From Macrostomum lignano (taxonomy: Eukaryota): a DNA stretch of 64,000 nucleotides. Below the pieces are notes generated by a model, which was not told where the DNA came from, made no database searches, and worked only from the letters and a program-made list of their open reading frames with translations. Every line of letters begins with the position of its first letter. Within the stretch, counting starts at the first letter, position 1. The DNA lies in NCBI GenBank assembly GCA_002269645.1, contig NIVC01000553.1, forward strand, positions 466,554 through 530,553, given 5' to 3'. Positions 1 to 11,729 of this stretch are shown piece after piece. Position numbers and translations under genes: made by a program.

Positions 1-815
1 ATGGGATCAGATGGGATCAGATGGGATCAGATGGGATTAGATGGGATCAGATGGGATCATATGGGATTAGATGGCATTAGATGAGATATGGGATCATATG
101 GGATTATATGGGATTAGATGGCATTAGATGAGATATGGGATCATATGGGATTATATGGCATTAGATGAGATATGGGATTAGATGGGATCAGATGGGATCA
201 TATGGGATTAGATGGCATTAGATGAGATATGGGATCATATGGGATCATATGGGATCATATGGGATTAGATGGCATTAGATGAGATATGGGATCATATGGG
301 ATTATATGGCATTAGATGAGATATGGGATTAGATGGGATCAGATGGGATTAGATGCGATCAGATGGGATCAGATAGGATCAGATGGGATCAGATGGGATC
401 AGATAGGATCAGATAGGATCAGATGGGATTAGATGGGATCAGATGGGATCATATGGGATTAGATGGCATTAGATGAGATATGGGATTAGATGGGATCACA
501 TGGGACTAGATGGGATCAGATGGGATCAGATGGGATCAGATGGGGTCAGCTGGGATCAGCTGGGGTCAGATGGGGTCAGCTGGGATCAGATGGGGTCAGA
601 TGGAATCACATAGTATCAGATAGGATCAGATGGGATTAGATGGGATTAGATGGGGTCAGATGGAATCACATAGTATCAGATGGGATCAGATAGGATCAGA
701 TGGGATCAGATGGGGCCAGATGGGATCAGCTGGGATCATATGCGATCACATAGGATCATATGGGAGCATACCGATATGGGATCAGATGGGATCAGATGGG
801 ATCAGATGGGATCAA
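1..815. repeat. 10-bp minisatellite (ATGGGATCAG)n, TMEM67 intron
   Basis: Directly visible tandem units with variants ATGGGATTAG and ATGGCATTAG. Confidence 0.95.
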
Positions 816-816
816 G

Positions 817-2426
817 TGAAATCAACCTCCACGAAGTGCTCACTTCCCTGCAACTCCCCAATGCAGCAAAATGACTGCGGTCGCCGCGGCCTCGACAACA
901 CGGACAACCAGACCTTCATGATGCGCCTGCCGCCAAACTTCGTAAGCGTTTTCGACAACCTGTACCGCAACCTGCTCAACACCGGCTCAGTGGCAGGCAC
1001 AGACGCCAAGACTCAGCAGGTGCATAGCATTAAAAAATATCACGAGATGAACAACTTCCTCACAAGATTTATTCACAAGAAACCGATGGAGGAGAGCGAC
1101 GGTGCGGGCCAGGGCGGGAAACCCATTGAGGGCTACGGAGTCCAGCCGAGAAAGTGCATGGAGGACGTGCTGGGCATGGAGCTGGGCGGCAATGATACAC
1201 TGAGAGATGGCGGCATCTTCTATAGCGGTGAGGCTGACCACAGATGGATATTTGTCTGAGCACATTGGGTGTGCTCAGATCCCATTTATTCTGAGTTTTC
1301 CCATCTCCAAGTTTCTCTAAGATCCCATTCTGTGTCTCTTCCCATCTCCGAGTGATTCTCAGATCCCATTCTGTGTCTCTTTCCATCTCCGAGTGATTCT
1401 CAGATCCCATTCTGTGTCTTCCAATCTCCGAGTGCCTCTCAGATCCTATTCTGTGTCTTCCAATCTCCGAGTGCCTCTCAGATCCCATTCTGTGTCTTCC
1501 AATCTCCGAGTGCCTCTCAGATCCCATTCTGTGTCTCTTCCCATCTCCGAGTGATTCTCAGATCCCATTCTGTGTTTCTTCCCATCTCCCAGTTTCTCTC
1601 AGATCCCATTCTGTGTTTCTTCCCATCTCCCAGTTTCTCTCAGATCCCATTCTGTGTCTCTTTCCATCTCCGAGTGATTCTCAGATCCCATTCTGTGTCT
1701 TCCAATCTCCGAGTGCCTCTCAGATCCCATTCTGTGTCTTCCAATCTCCGAGTGCCTCTCAGATCCCATTCTGTGTCTTCCAATCTCCGAGTGCCTCTCA
1801 GATCCCATTCTGTGTCTTCCAATCTCCGAGTGCCTCTCAGATCCCATTCTGTGTCTCTTCCCATCTCCGAGTGATTCTCAGATCCCATTCTGTGTTTCTT
1901 CCCATCTCCCAGTTTCTCTCAGATCCCATTCTGTGTCTCTTCCCATCTCAAAGTGCCTCTCAGATCCCATTTTGTCTCTCTTCCCATCTCCAAGTGCCTC
2001 TCAGATCCCATTTTGTCTCTCTTCCCATCTCCAAGTGCCTCTCAGATCCCATTTTGTCTCTCTTCCCATCTCCAAGTGCCTCTCAGATCCCATTTTGTCT
2101 CTCTTCCCATCTGTATCTTTTATTTACTTTCTCACCAAAGCACTGGGATCCAGCTTCCACTCTTCATCAATCGTCATGACGACCCCAACCTTCCACCAAC
2201 AGAGGACGGCACGTCTTTTGGCGATGTACTTTTTTATGGCAACGAGCTGTCGCTGATGACATTTGACCTTCTGGTGTACTCCTGTGTCGATCTCATCTTC
2301 AAATCGACGCCGCTGAACGTCATCATCACGTGGCTGATTGGCGAACTGATTGACTTCCTGCGCTCCCAGCTGGGCGAGATCAACCTTTCTAAGAAAACCA
2401 TGACGAACAGGCAGTTCCTGATCTGA
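817..2426 (+). CDS. TMEM67: Meckelin (TMEM67/MKS3) 3' exons, partial; apparent +1 frameshift at 856-859
   Basis: Exons ~817-1227 (donor gtgagg at 1228; 5' boundary uncertain) and 2203-2426 (acceptor ccaacag). Spliced translation includes CGRRGLDNTDNQTF, SIKKYHEMNNFLTRFI, DVLGMEL and IFYSEDGTSFGDVLFYGNELSLMTFDLL...GEINLSKKTMTNRQFLI*. This matches the meckelin C-terminus as I recall it ([28 protein letters not shown]...KNLASKTLVDQRFLI). Upstream exons lie left of the window. Confidence 0.88.
1275..2110. repeat. ~39-41-bp minisatellite (CTCAGATCCCATTCTGTGTCTTCCAATCTCCGAGTGCCT)n, TMEM67 last intron
   Basis: Tandem units; 13-aa periodicity in the ORF track. Confidence 0.95.
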
Positions 2427-3174
2427 GACTATCGGACGCGAAAGATATTATTAATGTTCGGATTCGGACACAAGTCTAAAACAAAGACTTTAGTTGACAA
2501 TAAAGTTACGAAGCACATTAAAGTTATTTTCTTTACCATAGCCAGACCGTACCATCCGAGCTAATCTCGTTTCGTTAAAACAAAACTGAATTTCTCCTAC
2601 GTATTAGTGGTGACCTGTGCTATGTACTGTTGATTTTCGTGTAGTTTTTCTTGCATATTCTGTGCTATTATCTATCTCAAAGTTTCTGTCTTAAAGATTA
2701 TGTATATTTTTATCGTGAACCAACATCAAAGCAAAGTAAATAATTAAACTTGAGATTAAATAAAACAATAAAATTCAAAATTTTCAATAATAATAACAAA
2801 AATAACTGCTAAACATTTGCTATAGCTACCTAAACTGATTTGTTTTGCTTTGTACACATTAGAACGCAACAATTCAAATTCGAGTATCTTAATTAAATTT
2901 CCATTGAAACTGAATTTTTACAATATGTTTTAATTCTATTTGTTCTTTTAGTACTTGTTTGCAGGTCACAAAAATTATACTGTAAACATGTGATTGTGAA
3001 CCAACCATAACTGATGCTGTGCATCCCATACACTCGATTGTATTGTACATGCTGCGAACGAAACATCAATTGATAATTTTTTTTAATTTAATAAATATAG
3101 AAGCGTGACAAATGCGATGCTCGATCTTCACTGATGTAATCCTTACTGTTTTTTGTCAGTTATTCAGTGCATTC

Positions 3175-3990
3175 GGCTGGCGCCTCTGGTGCTGGCGCCC
3201 CTGGTGCAGGCGCCCCTGGTGCTGGCGCCCCTGGTGCTGGCGCCCCTGGTGCTGGCGCCCATGGTGCTGGCGCCCCTGGTGCTGGCGCCCCTGTGCTGGC
3301 GCCCCTGGTGCTGGCGCCCCTGGTGCTGGCGCCCCTGGTGCTGGCGCCCCTGGTGCTGGCGCCCATGGTGCTGGCGCCCCTGTGCTGGCGCCCCTGGTGC
3401 AGGCGCCCCTGATGCTAGCGCCCCTGGTGCTGGCGCCCCTGGTGCTGGCGCCCCTGGTGCTGGCGCCCCTGTGCTGGCGCCCCTGGTGCTGGCGCCCCTG
3501 GTGCTGGCGCCCCTGGTGCTGGCGCCCCTGGTGCTGGCGCCCCTGTGCTGGCGCCCCTGGTGCTGGCGCCCCTGGTGCTGGCGCCCCTGGTGCTGGCGCC
3601 CCTGGTGCTGGCGCCCCTGGTGCTGGCGCCCCTGGTGCTGGCGCCCCTGGTGCTGGCGCCCCTGGTGCTGGCGCCCCTGGTGCTGGCGCCCCTGGTGCTG
3701 GCGCCCCTGGTGCTGGCGCCCCTGGTGCTGGCGCCCCTGGTGCTGGCGCCCCTGGTGCTGGCGCCCCTGGTGCTGGCGCCCCTGGTGCTGGCGCCCCTGG
3801 TGCTGGCGCCCCTGGTGCTGGCGCCCCTGGTGCTGGCGCCCCTGGTGCTGGCGCCCCTGGTGCTGGCGCCCCTGGTGCTGGCGCCCCTGGTGCTGGCGCC
3901 CCTGGTGCTAGCGCCCCTGGTGCTGGCGCCCCTGGTGCTGGCGCCCCTGGTGCTGGCGCCCCTGGTGCTGGCGCCCCTGGTGCTGGCGTC
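3175..3990. repeat. 15-bp GC-rich minisatellite (GGCGCCCCTGGTGCT)n
   Basis: About 55 near-identical units with occasional 1-bp deletions. Confidence 0.97.
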
Positions 3991-4331
3991 CTTAGAGTTA
4001 CTAAATACGAGCATGTTTCATCAATACTGTCATTTTCAACCGTTTGCGCGGTAAATTGCACCAGAGCTTTTGTCTGTACTTGAAATGTCACTGCGGTTTT
4101 AGTGAAGAACTGTCTAATGTGCACCTGACTGAGGCTCCTAAAAGGAGCCACGTCAAAACCCGAACATTTTTATTAAGTACAGCAGAAAAAGAAAGTGAAA
4201 AGCGTGTCCAACTCAATTCTTATCTGAAAGCGCCTAAAAGCACCTAAATTTTATTTTTTTGAGTCAGAAAGAAGAAAGCAGTAGAAGGTTTTAGCAACAG
4301 ACATAAATTCTATCGAGTACTGAAATTCTAA

Positions 4332-6218
4332 ATGCACCTAAAAATATTAATCTTCGTATCGATATTTTCTGCAGTCCATAGTCAGCAGGTAAATGTGTTT
4401 TAGCTGTTGAATCATCCTAAGTATAGAATTAAGAAACTGTTTGCTAGTATGCATGTACTCACTTCAAATGTGCCGCTCTCAGGTAACTTGCGTGAAGCAG
4501 ATAAACAACTGCAAATGCGAGACCAGCGCGGGAAAATTCATCGATCTGTCACCGATAGCCAGTGCTAGCGGTTTTCAATTCAAAAGGATTCTGGGACCGA
4601 ATCGGAACTGGGTGTACTCTTACAATCCGTGCACTGGTGTTCAATGCGAGTCTGGCAGTGACGCGGCTAGTTGTCAGAACTCCGCTGCGGGCTCCCAGGT
4701 GAGACAATCTTGTCTGTTTATTGATTTAACCTCGATCCAAGAGGGCTGATGGTGGTGCAAATGACCGGTGGGCCCAGATTTTACATGCTCTAGTGCAATG
4801 TGTCTCAATATGTCTGCAGCTTGAAGTCACATGTCCCTCAAACCTCTTACTGCAGGTGTCGTTTATAAGTTTTAGTGCTCTGAGGACCAGAGCGTCTCTT
4901 ACATAGGGAGAGCTAAAAGATTTGGGGAGCAATTTGGGGTGGGTGCTTGCTATCTGGGGGTGCTTGCTGTCTGGGGGATGCTTGCTATTTGGGGGGGGGG
5001 TGCTTGCTATCTAGGGGTGCTTGCTATCTGGGGGATGCTTGCTATCTGGGAGTGTTTGCTATCTGGGGATCGTTGTTATCTAGGGGTGCTTGCTATCTGG
5101 GGGTGCTTGCTATCTGGGGGTGCTTGCTATCTGGGGATCCTTGCTATCTGGGGGTGCTTGCTATCTGGGGATCCTTGCTATCTGGGGGTGCTTGCTATCT
5201 GGGGATCCTTGCTATCTGGGGGTGTTTGCTATCTGGGGATCGTTGTTATCTAGGGGTGCTTGCTATCTGGGGGATGCTTGCTATCTGGGGGTGCTTGCTA
5301 TCTGGGGATCCTTGCTATCTGGGGGTGTTTGCTATCTGGGGATCCTTGTTATCTAGGGGTGCTTGCTATATGGGGGATCCTTGTTATCTAGGGGTGCTTG
5401 CTATCTGGGGATCCTTGTTATCTAGGGGTGCTTGCTATTTGGGGGATGCTTGCTATCTGGGGGTGCTTGCTATCTGGGGATCCTTGCTATCTGGGGGTGC
5501 TTGCTATCTGGGGATCCTTGTTATCTAGGGGTGCTTGCTATCTGGGGGATGCTTGCTATTTGGGGGGTGCTTGCTATTGGGGGGTGCTTGCTAGCTGGGG
5601 GATGCTTTCTATTTAGGGAGAATGCCTGTTATCAGGTTGAAGGATCAAATGAAGCATTCCGTGCTGTAGAGAGCCAAAAAAAAGGCAGGTATTGAAGCAA
5701 CCCAACCCTGCCTTCTTCAGGAGTTCCTGCTAGGCTTGCAGAGCACGGCCAAGTTTGGTTACGACAGCACCTACGGTTTGTACATCAAGTACGACAATAA
5801 GCAGAGTGGCGGGATCATCCGGGAGTCCATGGTCAGTCTGGTCTGCTCGCCGGACGCCACGGACAAGTTTGAGCCCACCGATGATGGAGGAATTTCGAGT
5901 CCGTTTATATTCCACAGTAAGCTGACTTCGAAGCACGCATGCGAGGTGGACGGTGGAGGTGGCGGCGGCAGCGGTGGCGGCGGCATGAGCGGCGGGGACG
6001 TTCTGATCATCATAGTGCTGGTCCTGCTGGTTGTCTACCTAGCGGGCGGCTTCGCTGTAAACGTTTTTCTATTGAAGAAGACGGCCAATTTGCAGGCGTT
6101 GCCAAACTTGAATTTCTGGATTTCTGTGCCCGGCTACGTCAAGGATGGAGCGACGTTTACCGCGGCTAAAGTGAGAGGCTTGGCAACTGGGAGCAAACAG
6201 AACTATGAGAATATCTGA
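4332..6218 (+). CDS. M6PR: Cation-dependent mannose-6-phosphate receptor / ATG27-like type I membrane protein, ~256 aa, 3 exons
   Basis: Exons 4332-4388 (signal peptide MHLKILIFVSIFSAVHSQQ, donor gtaaat), 4483-4698 and 5721-6218, all phase 0. Cys-containing MRH-like lumenal domain (YSYNPC, SCQ, RESMVSLVC, SKHAC), Gly linker, TM DVLIIIVLVLLVVYLAGGF, tail ALPNLNFWISVPGYVKDG typical of CD-MPR/ATG27, terminal YENI sorting motif. Confidence 0.8.
4940..5610. repeat. ~16-bp minisatellite (GGGGTGCTTGCTATCT)n, M6PR-like intron 2
   Basis: Directly visible tandem units. Confidence 0.95.
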
Positions 6219-7236
6219 GTGCTTATTTGATGCCAAACTGCAGAGATTCTCTGAAGCATCACTACTTTCATGTTCTTGAATGCCTACTTCGTAATGAATA
6301 TCCAAGGATTTTCTAATCTCTTACAAATTTGAAGAATAAGAGGATTAAATTCTTGTATAGTACTTGTTGAATTTTTTGGTAAAATAAAAATCAAATAAAT
6401 TCTTTGTTGTGATCTCAAAACTGCTTATTTTACTTTTCAAACCAATAGTGTAGGAAGAGCCTGGGTCCTAGGAGCAAGCTTTATAGTCAATGGCCTACGG
6501 TGGAAAGGATTTTGTCTTCAACCCCTGTCTGAGCCATCAACTCCCGCACGCTCTCATGAACTCATAAATTCACTACTCAATCATGAGCACTCCAATCGAA
6601 GATAATCAGGGCTAACAATATTCAATCAGTTTTTTTTCGAGGATTTAAAAGTACGAGTACGTCAGAAGGACGCAGAAGGACGCTTTCTCGTACACTTGAA
6701 AGTTGGGGTAAATTTCTCAAGAAACAAACCAAAAAATTTGTCATCTTCTTTTTAATTCCGAGTACGAGTACGAGATCTTCGATTTGCTGATGACATCATG
6801 GAGGAAGATGCAGACATCCTGCAGGAGTTTACAAGATGACTTGAAAAAAAAATTGTCAGGAGATACGGAAATTAGCACTGAGAAAAAAGTAGTTCTTACT
6901 GGAAAGATAAGAAATACGGAGAATCAGTTGGGGGATTTTAAAAATTCCGATCGCGATCGTGTACACTTGGAGGTGATGTTGATCGAGGGACGACCGAGCA
7001 GGCAATCTGAAGGAGTGGAGTAGAGGTTTAATGATGATGATGATGATGATGATGATTATGATTATGATGATGATCCTACCTCAGTAACGCATTTGTCAGC
7101 GAAAACCGGCCGTCATGGAAATTTACACGATTTTCGAGTCTGGCATCGTTGAAAATTACGAGCTAGATGTTGAAAAAATGAATTTTAGTTGCTTGGATGG
7201 ATGGGCGGCAGGCAATCTGCTGCATCAGTTAGTTCC

Positions 7237-9111
7237 TCAGACTCCGCCCTCATTCTGCGCAGTCACCACCAGCTCCATGTTCACATCTAAGTAGTTCTCA
7301 GCAAGCCGCCTAGACAGGGTGTTGTGCTCGCACAGAGTCTCGCCCTCGGCTGGTCCGTACTCGACGCCGGGTCTGAGCAGCTGGGCCATTCTATAGATGG
7401 CGAACGCCTGGAAACAGGAGGCCACCTTTACTGGCGCTCCGCCTGAGACGCTGTAGTTGCCAAGCCGATCGGCCAAGTCCGAGTCGGACATTCCCGTGTC
7501 GGAAAAGTGCCTCGTTTTGAATGTCGTCAAGGTGCAGGGGTCGTATAGACGATTGAGAAAGCGAGTTCGAGCGCAAAGAGAGTCGAGTTTCGGTCGGGTT
7601 GCGAAGTAGTACAGGCCCTGAATTTTGAGAGGCAGTGAATATTATTTAGCCGTTTAAAGAGCAGAGAGATTCTGCAAGATAGCCAATGGTTTCTTGAGCT
7701 TTTGAGAGGCGTATCCATGTTTTAAAGGACGTTTGCAACGCTTTCGCAACATTCGTCCCGTCACAATCGTCACTCATACACACGCTCACACAGAGTTTAC
7801 ACCGGCCCTTTGATTTTCTAATAGTGGCTTTTCGAACTACTTGTACTTGCTCGTAGTTGATGTTTTCAGGGATGTTTTGTATCGCATGCGGGTGCGCTAG
7901 GAGGCTACGCGTTGACGCTTTTCCTCGGCATACCTGCAGAATATTCTGAATAGGCCAGGAAGCAAAAGTCAGATCGGGATCCGTGACAATCAGCAGAGTG
8001 GCATTGGACGATTGCCGCTTAGCATAGTCAAGGTAGACATTCCGCAGGGCCGACATGATCAGCGTTCGGTCCCGTTTCTCCCCTGCCGAGCGACGCATCG
8101 ACCAGCCGGGCCGGTGCGAGCGGCCGGAGCTGCCGTAGACGAGTTTCGGCTGGCAACGGGCTGCCGCATTGACGCGCCCGCAGCCGAGCACAGATACTCG
8201 GCGATCTTGCCTGGCCCAGTTGACCAGACGCGCCCGAGTGTCGTCGTGACTGTCGCCTTCGACTAGAACAAATCGAGCGTCGGCAAATGCAGCTGAAAGG
8301 CGCAGCAAGTTGTCGATGTTGACAAAGAGAGCGTCCGTGGACGCCGAATCGCGGACAGTCGCCGCGAACACCACCGATTGACGTCGAGCCCAGTTCGCAC
8401 CGATTGCAACGCGTCTTTGAAAACTTAGCTCTTCAGTTGAGAGCCGAAGCACGGGAAGTCGCCACTCATTGTCGAATTTGTGCATCGAAAGTCGACGGCG
8501 GTTTTGTATAACCCGATTTAAACTTTCAGCTTCGTCTAAAGATGTTGAAATTGATGCTTGTGATCGCTCAAAGTTCTGCTCATGTTCGTTGTAAGCTGAG
8601 CCGCTTGAGTCGAGCTGTTGCTTAGTGTTTCTGTGTTGATGTGTTTTTAATTATACGAGCATCTCGATAAACTACTAGATATGAGATAGATATGAAAACG
8701 AACGAACGAACGAACGAACGAACGAACGAACGAACGTTGAAACGAACGAACGATTGATGAAACGAACGAACGCATGAATGATCAAATTAACGAAGTGGGT
8801 AATGAAACTGGACTAGCTGTTTAAATGCTTACAGGTATAAATAATTGCATGAGCACACTAGTGTACGCACCTTATAAGAACAAAATTACTTACCTGGCCG
8901 CAGGTGGATCAGACCAAAAGCTCAGAGGAAGCAGCTCGGCACCTGTCTTTTCATTCACCAGTGGACGTCTTATAATCAGCAAAAGAAGAGTCACTGCCAG
9001 AATCATCGCCAAAAGCTGCATCAGATAGCACAGCCGAAGAACTGAAGGCGAACTGTGCCGACCGATTCTCGTCACTAAAAATCCACTGAAGCTGCTCAGC
9101 TTGAGTCTCAT
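7237..9111 (-). CDS. Type II membrane GT-A fold glycosyltransferase (CAP59/GT69-like or GT2-like), ~431 aa, 3 exons
   Basis: Exons 9111-8894, 8630-7934 and 7617-7237 join in phase (1296 nt). N-terminal TM LCYLMQLLAMILAVTLLLLII and stem. Catalytic motifs VVFAATVRD, FVLVEGDSHDDT, IMSALRNVYL, IVTDPDL (DxD), LYDPCTL, VKVASCFQAFAIYR, LCEH. Confidence 0.7.
8698..8772. repeat. (AACG)n microsatellite, glycosyltransferase intron 1
   Basis: Directly visible. Confidence 0.9.
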
Positions 9112-9595
9112 CCTTGATGCAGCATTTAATCGTTCTTTCCTCCTTTTCATCCGTTCTTTTTCTTGTTTATTAAATAGACACATATTTTTTGCAAATAGCA
9201 AAATATTTTCAGTAACCAATCGCTTTCGCCCACTGCTCACTGCAATCCATCTATCACAGCGTCGCTTACTAATGCCTTTTCAGCTATGAAAAATTCAAAA
9301 AAGGCCCTCGAGATTGGCAATTTTTAAGTGCCATTACGATAATGGAAATGGGCATCAATTAAAAAAAGTCATCGTCACAATAGAGGCGAGAACAGATTTT
9401 TTTGCTTTTGCCTCGAGATGCGAATGCTTTTAAAACGCATCATAAAATTTTTCGTCATAAAATTAGAGAAAAATATTTATTTGACTTTTTCAGTAAAAAT
9501 GAAATATTTCACGAATCAACACAATTGTCTTGTTTCTTCTGCTGTTTTGTCAGCGAAATAAATACTCCAGGAAAAAAACTATCAACTCTCGCAGA

Positions 9596-11671
9596 TTATT
9601 CGTTGACGGTCTCCGAGGCACTCGGCGATGGTGAAGTTGACGATCCTTCGCCAGACGGCGAGCCGGCGCCGCCTTCGCCTTCTTCACCTCCGGCCGGCTC
9701 CTCGTCGATGACGCGTAGAACGGCGGCAGCGGCCTCGCGTTCCATAGGCGTTGACTTGCTGACGAAGATGCTCGAACCGTTGGTGAGGCCGCAGCCGACT
9801 GCGGTAACGTCGCCAAGGAGCATCTGGTGCGGAATGCCAGTCGGCGAGGACAGCGTGCCCGCCGCCGGGTCGCCGAAGAAACCGTCGCGGCAGAACACAA
9901 TGTCGGAGTCGGACTCAATGCCGAGACGACAAGAGAAGGCCCTCAGGGCGGCCTTGATTGGGGCACCCTTCTGCAGGCGGAATCGATAGCCCAGAGTCCA
10001 CTTGCGCAGCTTCTCCTCGCTAAATAGGCTTTCGGATTTGGCCACCTGCCGATGGGAAAGAGGATTGGATTTTAAGGATGGGATTTGAAGGATGGGATTT
10101 GAAGGATGGGATTTTAAGGATGGGATTTGAAGGATGGGATTTGAAGGATGGGATTTTAAGGATGGGATTTTAAGGATGGGATTTTAAGGATGGGATTTTA
10201 AGGATGGGATTTGAAGGATGGGATTTGAAGGATGGGATTTGAAGGATGGGATTTTAAGAATGGGATTTTAAGGATGGGATTTTAAGGATGGGATTTGAAG
10301 GATGGGATTTGAAGGATGGGATTTGAAGGATGGGATTTTAAGGATGGGATTTTAAGGATGGGATTTTAAGGATGGGATTTTAAGGATGGGATTTGAAGGA
10401 TGGGATTTGAAGGATGGGATTTGAAGGATGGGATTTTAAGAATGGGATTTTAAGGATGGGATTTGAAGGATGGGATTTGAAGGATGGGATTTTAAGGATG
10501 GGATTTGAAGGATGGGATTTGAAGGATTGGATTTTAAGGATGGGATTTGAAGGATTGGATTTGAAGGATGGGATTTGAAGGATTGGATTTGAAGGATGGG
10601 ATTTGAAGGATGGGATTTGAAGGATGGGATTTGAAGGATGGGATTTGAAGGATTGGATTTGAAGGATGGGATTTGAAGGATGGGATTTGAAGGATGGGAT
10701 TTTAAGGATGGGATTTTAAGGATGGGATTTGAAGGATGGGATTTTAAGGATGGGATTTTAAGGATGGGATTTTAAGGATGGGATTTTAAGGATGGGATTT
10801 GAAGGATGGGATTTGAAGGATTGGATTTGAAGGATGGGATTTGAAGGATGGGATTTTAATGATGGAATTTCAAGGATAAGATTTAAAGGGTGGGATTTGA
10901 AGGATGGGATTTGAAGGATGGGATTTGAAGGATGGGATTTTAAGGATGGGAATTTAAGGATGGGATTTTAAGGATGGGATTTTAAGGATGGGAATTTAAG
11001 AATGGGATTTTGGAAACGGGATTTTAAGGATGTGATTTTCAAGATGGGATTTTAGGAATAGGATCTCAAGGATAGGATTTTAAGGATAGGATTTTAAGGA
11101 TGGAATATAAGGTTATGATTTAGGAACGTTAGTTAAAGTTTCTTCTTGCCCTCACCTGCACCAGACTATTAAGAACGGCACGATAATCAGGTATCCGAAT
11201 GCGGAAGTACATAAAATTAAACTTCGAAGCCGTCAGCTTGCTCTGCTCGGCCAGTTTGCCAGATATAGCGGAGTTATTGTCCTGGTCCATCCAGGAGAAC
11301 ACGTCATCGAGGGGATTCAATCCCGAAGTCAGCGCTTTGTGCACCTGGGCGAGCTGCCGGTTCTCGCGGACGCGCTGCAGAGCTGGCGCAAATGGAACCG
11401 GAGCCATCTGGGGCACAGGATTTAGCTCTCCTGGACAGGATACGGAAGCTGGAACGTGCAGCTGATGCATGCTTCTTCAAGGAATGCTACTGGATCAGCT
11501 GGTAGTGATGAAGTGTCCTCCTCGCTCGGGTTCTCTGGGGGGTTTGACCTTGGCTGAATTACTCAATTCTCTATCTACTGTTTGAGTACAAAACTATAAA
11601 ATTTTAGTCTATGATAGAAGCCTAGTGTTACTCCCCTCTGCGACCGTATCGCTGCAATATTTCGTTGTCAT
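9596..11671 (-). CDS. Hypothetical protein with a C-terminal ubiquitin/SUMO-like (Rad60-SLD-like) domain; 5' structure tentative
   Basis: Clear exons 10045-9596 and ~11577-11156 (donor gtgagg, acceptor cggcag); tentative first exon 11671-11632. The segment YRFRLQKGAPIKAALRAFSCRLGIESDSDIVFCRDG...GLTNGSSIFV has the beta-alpha-beta pattern of SUMO-like domains. Exon 2 needs two compensating indels (see findings). Confidence 0.5.
10065..11110. repeat. 14-bp minisatellite (GGATTT[T/G]AAGGATG)n, intronic
   Basis: Fills intron 10046-11155. Confidence 0.95.
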
Positions 11672-11729
11672 ATAAAGTACTCGTAGCTCATGTACTTTTG
11701 GCGAAATAGCATTATGTTCAATTAGTAGC

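Noticed and set aside
1021-1080. Possible intron at CAG|GTGCAT within the meckelin exon
   Set aside because: The segment encodes SIKKYHEMNNFLTRFI, which matches conserved meckelin sequence, so it is exonic.
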